Below, piece after piece: positions 15,601-29,831 of a stretch of 64,000 nt of DNA. Every line of letters begins with the position of its first letter. Within the stretch, counting starts at the first letter, position 1. The notes beneath the pieces were generated by a model. That model did not search any database. It was not told the origin of the DNA and worked only from the letters and a program-made list of their open reading frames with translations. Source of the DNA: Octopus vulgaris (Eukaryota); the NCBI GenBank assembly GCA_951406725.2, contig OX597819.1, positions 104,966,001 to 105,030,000 on the forward strand, written 5' to 3'. Both the position numbers and the translations under genes were made by a program.

Positions 15601-15868
15601 GGTAGTATTTGTTTTCATCATCTATTTTTTAAAAGCCCTTGTTTTGTAATTTGTTATTTTTCTTTTCCCTCTGATTTAGTAAAGACATTTTTAAATATTT
15701 AAGGTGGTTTAAATTAAAGCAACATGGAAATAGAGATAAAAATGTTCATTCATTTCATTTCTACAAGATAAACATCAAAGAAATCCTTGTTATTAATACA
15801 ATTACTTATATGTAATACACACTCTTGCACAGTTACATACACATCTAAAGTGTTATATGTGTGTGTAT

Positions 15869-15915
<47 letters not shown>

Positions 15916-16608
15916 TAGACACACATATATATATACATACATACATATACACATACATACATACACACACACACACACATATATATACATATACACACAC
16001 ACATATATATACACACACACACACACATATACACACACATATATATATACATATACACACACATATATATACATATACACACACATATATATACATATAC
16101 ACACATATATATATACATATACACACATATATATACATACATATATACATATACACACGCATATATATATACATACATATATATACACACACATATATAT
16201 ACATACACATATATATACATATGTATATACACACATATACATACATACACACCCATTTGTTTATGTGTTATATATGTGTGTGTGTGTGTCTGCATACCTA
16301 CACAAACGTGTGAGTATACATATAAATATATATAAACACACATATATAAACGTGTGTATGTGTTTTTGTGTGTATGTGTAACACTTCCGTAAGAAAAGGG
16401 GTGACAATGATTTCAAAGTTTCAGTCTGTTAGCCTACTTCAGACTGTCTGAAGAAGTCTAGCAGTCTGAAACTTCAAAGTCACTAACATTCATCACTTTA
16501 ATATTAAGTTGCCTTTATTATAACATGACATAAAAACAACAATATATATAACATCATCATCATCGTCATTTAACATCCGCTTTCCATGCTAGCATGGGTT
16601 GGATGATG

Positions 16609-16663
<55 letters not shown>

Positions 16664-16939
16664 CACATGTACACACAGAACACTACAAGTAATTTAAAAA
16701 TTAATCCTTAGAATGTGGGGAAGTGTGTAAATGTAACAATAACAGTGGGAGAGAAAGCAGTACACAATTTTGATGAAATTTTACTGCAAAATCTGTAGAA
16801 TGGACCTTATTTCAGTAATAACTACAATAAAATAAGGTCCTTGTTGCTGTGGCAACACAGTGCAGGATATAAAACTAAATGTATTTTAACAAATTTAAGA
16901 TTAGGGGGATTGGGGAGATGGTAGGGAGAAAAAGTTGGT

Positions 16940-16974
<35 letters not shown>

Positions 16975-19900
16975 TGTGTGTGTGTGTGTGTGTGTAATGT
17001 GGGAGAAAATGTAAAGGGATAACAAAAAAAAAAGGAAGAATAAGAGAGTAAGAAGAGGGATAACAAAGGAACTATGAAATATTGGAAAAGAGCAAGAGGC
17101 GCAAGTGAAATATAGAGGAAGACGAAAAGAGAGCAAGGATGAGTGAAAAAGGAAAAAGAACAAGGAGATAAAGAACTGGGGACATGATGGAATGAAATGT
17201 GTAAACTGAGTAAGTGTGTGTGTGTGTGTGTGTGTATGATGTAAAAAAGGAAAAAAAAAGAAAGAGGGATTAACTAATGGAAGGCCCTACCCCCACTAAA
17301 TTCTTGAAATGGAATCATGAAGATTGACTCTTCCAAATTAAATAAACTTAAAATATGGAGAATATAGTCGAGTCAAATTGATGAAGATTGAAGCAGCTAA
17401 ATATGGTTTGAAAAAAATAATGGACTGGGAAGATAAACTATATGGGTTTGTATGCCAACATAGAAGACGGCAGTAGGAAATAATAAACAATTATTATAAA
17501 CTTACTAATAATTAGAAGGACCTTAACCTTCATGAGAGGGGAGTATTTGAACAAACCCAGTCAATGTTTGGTACCAATATTACTAATCTTGGTGAAAGAA
17601 AAAGTAGTTTGCTCCAAATGTAGACTAAATACCACAGTATTCAAGTGTACTTGTAAGTATAAGATTTGGGGGTTTTGTTTAATGTTACTGGCTCTCAAAA
17701 AAAGCTGAAAGAATTGATGCCAGTGGGATTTCAATGTTAAGGGATGTTAAAAACCACTTGAGAATTTTTCTGGCACTATCATATCAGCCACCCAGTTGCT
17801 TTAATTATAATTGTTTATGATTAAGCCAGCAATTTTGAAGAAAGTGGGTTAGTTGATTACACTGACCCCGATATTTAACTGGTACTTTATTGATCATGGG
17901 AAGCTAAAAGGTAAAGCTGACTTTGGCAGAATTTGAACTTAGGATGTAAATCACTGGAACAAATACTGCAATGCATTTTTCCAAAGCCCTCATTATTCTG
18001 CCAGTTAACCACTTCAATAATAATAATTCTTTCTAATTTTGGCACAAGGCCAGTAATTTGAGGGGAGGTTGATGTAATAACTCCAGAGCTCAACTGGTAC
18101 TAATTTATCAACCCCAAATAGATGAAAGGCAAAGTTGACTTCAGCAGGATTTGAACTCTGAATGTAAAGAGCTGGAAAAAATGCTGCAAGGCATAATAAT
18201 AAAAATCCTTTCTTCTGGAGGCACAAGACCTCAAATTTGGGAGCAAGGGACTAGTCAATTATATCACCCCCAGTGCATAACAGGTACTTAATTTATCAAC
18301 CCTGAAAGGATGAAAGGCGAAGTCAACTTCAACGGAATTTGAACACAGAATGTAGCGACAGATGAAATACCACTTAGCATTTTGAACAATTCTGCCAGCT
18401 CACTGCCTTAAGGCATAATAATTGCTTATGCACAAAGCCACTTGTTGAAAATAGAAGAAAATCTTCAGATGTTTTTAACTTCAATGTATCAGTATTAGTT
18501 ATTTTATTGATGAGCACAGTAGGAGTCAACACTGAACACTGTGGGAGTCAACACTGACTACTGAGTAATGGTGACCACATTGAGAAGATCAGATTTTTTA
18601 ATACAAAATCTGAAATTTACAAAGAAGGTAAATGGAAAATCATGTCAATCATGACCTTTGTAACAATGATAGCAGCTTTTAAAACACTAGCAAGAATCTA
18701 AACTGGATCACATATAATGGTTATTTGCTGAACTTGCAGTTCCAGCCAGCAACATGATAGAAATTTTGTTCTGACTAGATGTAAGGAACAAATTTCCTTT
18801 TATTGCAAAAGGAAACTACAGACAAGTAAAAAGTTAGCATTTTACTTTGCAATGTATATTTTGTCTCCAGAAGGATAAAAAAAGTACAGGGATTTGAAAA
18901 ATGAGGCACCAAGACAGAGCACTAAGGATTACTGTGATGTATATAGTTCTCTGTTGGTCAAGGCTTACCATGCATATGCAAGCCATGAAAAGAGTCTTTT
19001 TTAGGAAGAACAGTAATTGCACATTTCCCTTCTCTATGACACTAACATTTTATCCAAAGGAAAGGTAACTGACTTAGGCCAATACAGTTTGGAACTAGTG
19101 TTGTTGCAGGCCTTGCTATCAGAATGTAAAAAGTTGGAATATTCTGCAAGGGATCTTGTCCAACTTTCTAACAGCTCCACTACTGTACTACCTAGACTTT
19201 TTTTTTAACTCTGCATGAAAGGCTAGGTTAACCTCAGCAGGATTTAAACAGAGACTGCAGAATTAGAACAAATACCATGAGGCAATCTATCCAATGCTCT
19301 ACCAACTCTGCTAATCCACTGCTTTTACTACTACGATAATCTCTCTGAAATATACTAGTCACCCTATGTTGATAGTGAATAACTTAGTCAGCATGTTAAA
19401 AAGTTCAAAAGATCTGTTTTATTTCTTTGAAAACTATATTCTAAGGATCTGTTAACAAATTCAAATCTTATAGATATATATGATTGATCCACTAGAAACA
19501 TTATACGTTAGCATTTATAGAAAAACACCTGTAACATAACTAGTTTTTATTTCCCTACATAAGTGACTGAAGCTTCCAGAAATAAAATTGTAGTTTTAAT
19601 AACTAATCAACTAATAATTTTCATGTGTGTATGTGTGTGTGTGTGTATGTGTGTGTGTGTGTATAACTGATATAAAGTGGTAATGTATAAGTAGAGATAA
19701 ATTCCCAGAGGAATAATTAAATATGGGGGATAACTATACAAAAACTAAAATTCTAAACTGACAGTTGTTGACAAAACATTTATTTGCCTGCCATATCAGA
19801 TTCTAATTAATGTAGAATTTAAATTAAAGGTAATGAGAAATCAACGGTATCAAAATGTTTGAGTTATAAATGGGGATGTGTACTTCAAATTCAAATTTTA

Positions 19901-20799
19901 TAGAATTTTGGTCACTTTTCAAATATCAAGCTATTTCTTTATTTCACTTTTCAAATATCATGCAGACAACTGATAGCAATGGACAAATCTTTCAATACAA
20001 ACGGTACATAAAAACAATTCTACTAGCTACAGGAAAACCTAAAACATTTTTAGGAGGTTTTAAAAGGTGAAAAAATACTCAATTCCCAAAAGTGAAAAAG
20101 AACATGATAAAATGAAGGAAAAGTTAATTTGTAAGAAAATTTCCTGAAGAAGACTTGTAAAATCAAATACTGGCAGTGCTGCCAATAACCTTAATTCTTT
20201 ATATTGTTACTAAGGGTTTTTATGTCAAACTGTTTATACGGGTTGATGAAATAAAAACCAGGAATATGGAAACGCTGTCAGTTAAACCAGTTGGATAGAC
20301 TGTACAGTTAGTCTTCATTTCAACTAGTTATGTAATAAATTTCATTTCATATATACATAAAATTAATAATATTAATAATCTTTTCATGAAAATTCATTTA
20401 ATGTTTGATCAGATTTCTCCAATGGTTCCAACTGATAGTCTGGGATTGAAAGGAGGGCAAAAACAAACCTAGTTAGATTAAATTGCACTGCAGAACAAAG
20501 TTTTCTCCATTTAATAAATTTTTTTAAAAATTAAAAAGAAAATACATTAAACATAGAAAAAAAATATTCCTAAGGTAAAAAAAGATAAAAAGAAACAAAC
20601 ACACACATTTAACCAAACAAAACTGACAAGCATGCAATCTAGTTTTCCTTATATTCTTGAAATGCATATCCTTCCAGTTGGTATATGGTTATTATACAGT
20701 TTAGTCAATATTATTTGGCCATATCCAGAAAAATATATTTCATTATAGTAGAATTTAATACCAAAAATACCACAGTAAAAACATCTGGCATTTGACATG

Positions 20800-20857
<58 letters not shown>

Positions 20858-22561
20858 TTATAGAAGAAACAAAATATTCTTTCATAAATGTTTTATCTGG
20901 ACATTAGTAATGATTTATTATCGGCAATGAAATGGTAATTAAATTTACATGTTATATACTTTAAATTGAACAGTATTGTTGTTGTTGTGAATGAGCAATC
21001 ACAATATCAAATAATATTTATTGTGCTATAAATATGAAAATATCAGTTCAACAAATATTGAAGAGTAGTTACTAAAGGTCATTTAAAAAAAATATAACTG
21101 CTTTATGAGTTTTTGTTTGTTATGGAATGATATAGAAATTAAGGTGAGACAATACATCGTTATTAGTCTACCTTAATGAATCTAAATTACCTGGATTTCT
21201 AACACCTAAATGTGTAAGTGTACATAAGTATGTATAACTTTTGTGTGTGTATGTGCGTATTTTAAATAGTTCAATTAGTAAGATCTCTTGATTATCTTCA
21301 GTATAAGAGCTAGGACCAGCTAAGACATAGAATATGTTTTTATTGTATTAGCACGTACATAACAAAATTTTCAGTAATCTGTGTTAATACAATAAGCATT
21401 TAAACCAAAAGATAAAAAAAAATATATATTTTAATTCTCAAAAGGGCATTATTTCAAAATATAAAATAAAAATAGGCGTCAAATGGTTACAATAGCAGCC
21501 TCTCTGGATTTATTAACTTTAAAAAAAAAATCCATTATGTCAGTTTTTAGATGTAGGGAAAAAATTTTTTTGATGAAATAATGTAACTAATTGATTTTTG
21601 CTTTTAATAGAAGCTTTAGCTATGAAGGCATAATGCAGGATGATTGCAGTTATAATATTTAATCTGCAAGAACTAATGCAAGACAGCTTTTCATGTTTAA
21701 CAGTAAATATTTTTGTAAGTCCCCACAGTAGTTAGATTTTATAATAAAAGGATTAAAAACCAATTAAAATGAAAAACAAAATTAAAACAAAATAAAATTA
21801 TGTCAAGCAAAACACAAAGGTAATTCACAGGTGCAAAATGAAATTAGATTGCAAACAATAATGAAAATAATAATAATAATAAATAAATGAAACAAAAGAT
21901 AAATAAAAATAAACAATTTTAAAACATTTACAACATATATATACATACATGTATATACATACACATACGTATGCATACATACATATATAGATATATATAC
22001 ACACATTAGATATATGTATATACAGACACATATGTATATATACAGAGATATATATTCATAAATATGTATACAAACAAGCAAAAACAAAAAAAGTCTATCA
22101 ACTCCAAATCCAGAAAGCATGCATTGTCATGCAAATCATGTCCAGGCAGACTGTCCAGTGCCAAGAGTGGTCGCAGATGGTTTAAGCCTGCATTGCGTAA
22201 GTGAAAGAAGCTTTTGTTGTTGTTGTAGCTACTTGGTAATTTGCTTTAGTTTGTATTTAGAAAATTAACACTAATATCACAGCAACAACCTTCATAAATT
22301 CTTGAAGATTTAGGAAAGAGAGCAAGAGAAAAAAAAAAGTGTCTCGTTTTATTTATTATTATTATTACTTTTATCAGACGCAAAGCTAGTGACTTGAAGA
22401 GCAGGCAGGTCAGTTTGGGGAGCAGGCAAAGAATTCTGGGAAGAGTCACATATTTGTTCATTAAACATTTATAATTGGATTGGTTTATCTCATATTTCAA
22501 CTCTAAACATCAACACATCCAGATATACATATACACCAACATGTATGTATGCATGTATATA

Positions 22562-22618
<57 letters not shown>

Positions 22619-22913
22619 CCACCATGTGTTTTATATGGGAGAGTGTTTAGGAATGTGTTTTTCATATTTGTATGTGTGTGTGTTGGTGGGTAGATGAAAT
22701 AGCAAAGAATAAAACATGGGTGGGTAAGGGATGGAGAAGAACAGTGTTATAGTTAACCAAAATCGGTTACGCAACAAATGAATTTAACATGTTTGTGAAA
22801 TGTGTACTGACATTGTTGCCACAAAGAAACGCACCTTCCTGAAGAAAATACATGCAAAGTCAACACAGTTGTAATGTATATATAGATAGATAGAGATTTA
22901 CTTCATGTTATAA

Positions 22914-22950
<37 letters not shown>

Positions 22951-25900
22951 CATATACATATATATATATATATATATCATGATACGAATGTGTTACTAGC
23001 AGATGAATCATGCTAGACTGTAAAGCATGGCAAAAAAATACGACACTGTAGGCAGAATAAAGAACTAGGGAGGCAGGTAATACTGGTTCCTACCTTCGGC
23101 AAATTCATCGTCCCATTCCAAATTGGGGTATACAAACTTTGGGGAACCGATGCGTGAGGAATCAAAGCGTGGAGACGACCCTGCTCGACAACAGCCATAT
23201 AAGGAAGGAAAGGACAAGGAGTCAGAAAAAAGGGCTTCCAAAAAAAAGCACCCAAATATCTTATTTTATCGAAAAATATCAAATCTCTAATGAAATTTTG
23301 AAGGAAAAAAAAGTCATGTGAACTTTTCATCAAAAATATTTGTATATTATGATTACAGGATGAACACATTAATGGATTTAAAATACTCATTGTTTAACTT
23401 ATGAATCAAATTTGCTGTAGTGGTTAACAAGAAAATTAATAGAGCCCCATGTATTCACAAAGAGAGAAACATGTCTTTCTTATGAACACTTACATATACA
23501 TAATTACATATAACAGTAAACAAATATTTTACAGATTTTTGACTTGAAATATCATCGTTATTACTTTTATCATTTTTTTTATTATTATTATTTAAAAATT
23601 ATTATCATTGGTATGAGCATTATTAGTATTTACTGAAGAAATTACATATTCTTTAAACACTAGATTTTTGCAGTAATATTAGTTTTTCTTTTTAATTATT
23701 TTATGCTAGATATATTATTTATGTACCATTTATAATCTTTCTTGGAGAAATCATTATCATTTAATGTTTTCCATGTTGGCATAGATTGGACAGTTTAACA
23801 GGGTGTGGTAAGCCATGGAGCTCCAATGTCAGCTCTTGGCATAATTTCTATGGCTGAATGCGCTTCCTAATGCCAACAACTTTCCAATGTGTACAGGGCC
23901 TGTCAGCACTGTATCAGACCAACAATGCAGCTGTGCATATTTTCCACTACTTGCACTCTTTTATAAACCAACCTATCAATTCAATTTCACAGAATACAAA
24001 CACATCCACCAGACATCAAAAAGGAGACACAAAATTGCTTAGCAATACAGTGGCAATGATGTCTAATAAGTAGTGTCAGATCCACACCTCATTTAAATCT
24101 TACAACTTTGAGAGAATATAAATGATAGAGGATCTATGAATATTATATGAAAGCTGATTTATATTTAATACTGAGGAATAACACATTTTATTACTAATTA
24201 ATGCAAATATATCATTTTAGATAAAAGATTTTTTAATTATTTCTCTTCATAAACTGCAAAATATGGAAGTTTTTAACATATTTTTGAAAGATTAATTAAA
24301 TTTTCAAACTTTATTCCCTTGCATATTACCAAAATAGAGGGATTAATGAACATTAAACAATTTATAGCAGGGCCGTATAAAAAATAACTTATGATTAATA
24401 ATTTTAAGAAAATAGAGGAATTCATTACTTAATTATTCTAAGTATCTATGGTATTATAAAATGGTAAACAACTCAATTGGAATGAAAGACAGGCTTAAAA
24501 TTCCAACGTTAAGCTCCTGAAGATAACATGTGATAAACATTATATATACATGTATTTGATACTGTAAAATATATTTACTAAGGTGAAAATATATAAATGA
24601 AAAATATAAAAATCATTTCTTATGCATAAAATTATATGAACAATACTTTGCATTAACCATTTATAAAATTGGCTGTTGTGTTGTTTTGATTTTTTTTCTC
24701 TTCCCTAACAGGTTTTACAAACAAATATATAACAGAATATGTTATGTTGTACTCTTCCTAACACTGAGGACCTTTCCCAAACAACAGTAAGTCAAAAGTA
24801 TTTCACTAATAAACAATAGAAATATTTTATCTAAGGTTGTGTATATAAATCAACTTCTCAATATGCTAAACCATCCTAAAATATAATTACAATTTATTAA
24901 AATACCTAGAGTAATATGGTTAATTAATAATGTTATCTGGTTACTTACTCCACCTCACAGTTTTCTTTTGAGAGATAGTTTCTTTGTTTACATAATTTAC
25001 TAATTTCATTTATTTCTATTTAATTTCTATTCAGTTTTAATCTAAGCTAGTTTTACTCCATACATACACACATATACTTTGCTCCTTAATTTATACTTGT
25101 TTTTCTATACTAGTACTTACTAGATGGATGATTTATGGCTGAATACCTTTACTGTCTCTAACCCTTACCTGTTTTACAAGTAAGGGCTCTTTTTATTCCA
25201 CTACTTTGAGAGTACATAGCTACAGGCTGTAACATCCACTGGGAATATAAACATCCAATCTCATACAATGAAGGAAAAATGACAACACACATATTCTATA
25301 TTTATATGAGAGACTTCTGTACAGCTTCCAATTCTACTGATTCTATTCATAAAGCATTAGTCAGCCCCAGATAATAGCAGAAAACACTTGCCTAAGGTGC
25401 CACATGGTTGAGAAGCAAATTTCTTAAGCATACAGCCATGATATCATATATTTCCTACACATGAGAAAACCAAATAATCAACTCTTTAAATACCAAGCAT
25501 AACTAGTAACAATTTCATTAAGTGAATGTGTGTGTGTTTCTTATAGCTATGAACCCCTTAAACCAATTATCTTTAAGGGACTTGACAATGCTTCTTTGAA
25601 AGAGTCCATCCTCTGCAGTAACACTCAAGACTGAAAGCTAATGAAACACTCATTGGTTTTGCAGTGCTCCCCCTGTCTACAGCAATAAGTTGTTCTTACT
25701 TTCTGAAATTTATTTACAGTTGAGTAGACTATGCCATTCGAAAGATAAGTATTTGACTATAGACACAGAATAACAATATCAAATTGCTAAATAGTTCTTT
25801 CTTTCTTCACACACACTAAGGTCTAGATTATCTGACTATTAGAATAGCCAATTTGATAAACTTAGAATAAAATTGAAATATTAAATTAGAAATAATAATA

Positions 25901-26768
25901 CTAATAATAATGTTAAAAATCAATAATAACAGAAATTTTATAAGAGATAAAGAAGCTGAAAATGTTGCAATAATTATTTAGTCTAATAGAAACAAAGGAT
26001 TAAAAAATATGTGTCCAATATTCTAAGTCGAAATTATTATTATAATTATTATTATTGTTGTTTGGGTTTGTTTATATTTTGAAACAATAAATCTACTCAA
26101 TCCATATTCCAAAATTGATCTAAGTCAGAATTCATAAACAATGGAAATAATATATACAGGAAAAGAAAAAGAATTAAAAAAAAACTAAAAGTTAATAGCA
26201 GTTTTTTTTTTAAAACTACGTATTAAATGAGAATTTTTGGAAGAAGCTCAGATAACCAGAGATTTAGATAAAAAGTAAAATACATGATTGTGTGTATGTG
26301 TGTATTTTTGAAGGTACCAAATGATCTTCAACAGATAGCCAATATGTATGCACACACACATATAAACGCACATACATATATATGAACACATCTCTCTCAC
26401 TCTCTCTCTCATGTGTTTGCATGTGTGAAATCTTAGCCATCACTCATAAGTGAGTGTGACATGGTAGCATGTACCATGCTTACACTGACTGTTCAAGGTA
26501 CTTATGTAGTCACAGGCAAAAACTGTTATTCTCTCAACCATCCCAGTCTTGACCCTGTAGAACATCAAAGATGTGAAAGCTAGGGGAAGAGACAGCTGTA
26601 CTAGCTGTCAGCTGGTACTCATTTTCAGTCGGGCAGACTGGAGCAATATGAAATGTAGTGCCCTGCTCAAGGACACAAAGCTGTCCTGTCTAGGAAATGA
26701 ACCCACAACTTTACAATCATGATCTCAACACCCTAACCAGTAGGCCCCACAACCATATACATACAACA

Positions 26769-26810
<42 letters not shown>

Positions 26811-29439
26811 TGTGTGTATGTATATAAATGCACTCACACACATGTACATACAAGCATGTAATGTGTCACAGTTAAAATCCAATTAGCATGAATGCAATTT
26901 TATCTTAAAATGTAAATTTTAAAAAATTCATTACAAACTGAATAAAGGATCTTCAATAATATAGGGTCTAAATGACAATTAAGAGGTGGTGTGAGCATGA
27001 GACAGGAATGGAAAATGGTGTGATATAAACAAAAGCAGCGCTGCAATGAAGCTAGTAATAACATCAAAAGGTTATGGTAGTGATGGTGATGAGAGTATGA
27101 TGGTGATTGTAACACTGACAATGTTTGTTGTGACTAGTTAGTTATGAAACTGTTTTCTGGCAAAGAAAAATAGTCGGCTGTATCGACACAGTATATTACT
27201 GGTACTTGTTTAACTGACTCTTAGGGAATGAAAAGATAAAGCTGACCTTCAGGGAGAGGGTTCATATGGGGTGTGTCACAGACTAATAAATAATGGAACT
27301 ATATACACTAAAGAATATAAATCACGAGCTCTATAGTCCCAGATGCCACCACCATTGTTATTATTATTATTATCACTAATAATTAACTTAGTAATAATAA
27401 TAGTAATAATCTAAAAATAAAAATGAGCATGAAAGATGATATGCGAAAATAAAACAAATGAGAACATCACATGCATTTGCAAAAGAAAAAACAATAATAA
27501 TGAAATAGTAATAAAATAAGTATAATATCATGCAATTTGGATTGTAAGGAAATTAAAGTATTAAAAATAAATGATTTACTATTAAACTATTATTTTTATA
27601 TCATGTAATTATAATTGCATATATTATCAACATTATATTATATTAGGAAAGAGAAGTGAAGTGAGCAGATACAACTTGTAGACTTCCAGACTGGATATTA
27701 TATTGTACAGTAGTTAAATCTATACACTGCTATTTCCAATCCAAAACCCTGTCTGGTTAACTATTATAAATCCTCTTCCTTCATCTCCAGTCAATAATAT
27801 AATTAGTGTGTGTATGTGAGAGAGAGAAAACTCAATTATAAGAGTAACTGCCTCGTTTCAAATGACTGAGGGTTCATCACTGCTATCTTGCATATTATTT
27901 AAGTGCTAACAGCAACAAGATACTTGATAAAGAGAACAGGGTTTCTATTAGTCATCCAAAACAATTTCACATAATACTATCTCATTTAGCAGAGTATAGG
28001 TAAATCTGCACCAGCCATGGTAGAATCTAACCTCACACAACTGTAAACAAACAGACCAGTTGCTAATTAAAAAAATTGGTATTATATCATTGACAAATTC
28101 TTACAAATTTGAACATAGCATTAACTTATCTATTCAATCATTGTTGTGACTTGTGAGTTCAATAATAAGCCTTCTGGATCACAGAATTTAGAAACACTGA
28201 CGGTGCATCTACATTCAAGTCTTACATATGCTATCCTGAATGGCTTCAATAATATTGCTTCTAACCTGCAGTTGCCTCACTGAATCAGACAAGTGAAAAG
28301 CTAAAGGTCAATTTATTGAAGGCAGCTCTACAAAGGCAACAGCCCTTTCCTTCAGAAAGAATGAGTTAATGTTTGGTATAAGGTTTAAAAGGTTAAAAAT
28401 AAAGAATGGAAAGAAGCAAAATTTGATGTAGTTCAAATTATAGTGACAATTAGAATGTTATGAAAGATTAAGTCCATTGCAATAATGGATGAGTGGCAAA
28501 GAAGGGATATAGTACAATAATGGATCAACGATTGAACATTTTCAATGGGGAGAAACATATTGCTTAGATTTCTCATTACAGAAAGCAAAAGTCTCTGCTA
28601 AATCTATTTAGGGAATATAGTCTGTTGCTACTCAAGACTGAACAATTTCTTGGTAAGCTTACAAGGATGGCAGGGGTTCACAGAAGTGTTTCTAACATCT
28701 TTTTGTGATAGCAGATCCTTTAAGTTGCAAGCTGATCACAAGAACAATTATCAAGTTGTAGTCCTTGCCCCCAGGCAAAACAATCACTTGCCTTTTGATG
28801 TCACTAAAACCTACTCTACTGACAGATTCACTTTGGTCCTCTTTCTGAATGTCTAGTAAGAAATGGAAAGAATATTGAATTTGAAAGGAGAGGCCATACA
28901 ATTTCATATGAAAGACAGAATATAAAGTAAGAAAGAACTGAAAGGATACATGTACTGTTCAATGAGTGACCTTAGATTCCTCAAGTGGAGTATGTAAGAA
29001 AAACTATATTGAAGTTTAGTCAAGTCATTCATGAACTCACAGGTCAACAGAACTGGGAGTTTCACTATATAGTATTTGTAGTTTAAGTAGAAAAACTGAT
29101 CTGACTGGGGCTAGTTTGCCAAGCAATAAGTAACTTTTCTTGGCTCTCTGATGACAAACAGCACCAACAGTGATGTGAGGCTTGTAGGTAAAGAAAAACA
29201 AAATGATTTTAAAAGAAACATAGCAAAATATCGGATCTAGATATCCAATAAGTTATTAATGTCTTCAGAGACAACCATAAGCATTATTAACAATAATTTA
29301 ATTTCCTTACATGATTGTAATCTATTTAAAATAAAATATATGAATACAAAAAATATGCTTCACCACATAGAGAAAATAACTCATTTGAAAAGTTCAACAT
29401 GCTAAACTGTGCCAAGTGAGCAGCAAGTACACACATAAG

Positions 29440-29488
<49 letters not shown>

Positions 29489-29788
29489 GGATTTACAAAT
29501 GGTAAGGAATAAAGGAAATACAAATTCAGTGAAGATACCATTATCAACTAAAGCAAGTTTAAGTAAATTCAAACTTGGAATTTAATTACAAAAATGTGCC
29601 TGTTTGTGTGTGCATATATATATGTATGTGAGTGTGTAGAAAGTTGAAAAGGAATACATGAGTTGATATATACGGAAAAAAAGTCAAGGTAGAAAATGCT
29701 AAAATAATTTTATAAAAAATATTTCAGTACCATTTAACATCCTACTACTATCATGGCACTCACACATTCTTCTACCTTGACTTTTTTT

Positions 29789-29831
<43 letters not shown>

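Noticed and set aside
15750-16381. Long overlapping ORFs rich in Y/I/C/V/M/H/T (also near 21800, 34250-35045, 46600 and 49300-49950)
   Set aside because: Translations of (TA)n/(CA)n microsatellites, which lack stop codons; not genes.
24952-25138. Two GTAAGT donors giving in-frame 33-nt and 18-nt segments
   Set aside because: The upstream AGs have no polypyrimidine tract.
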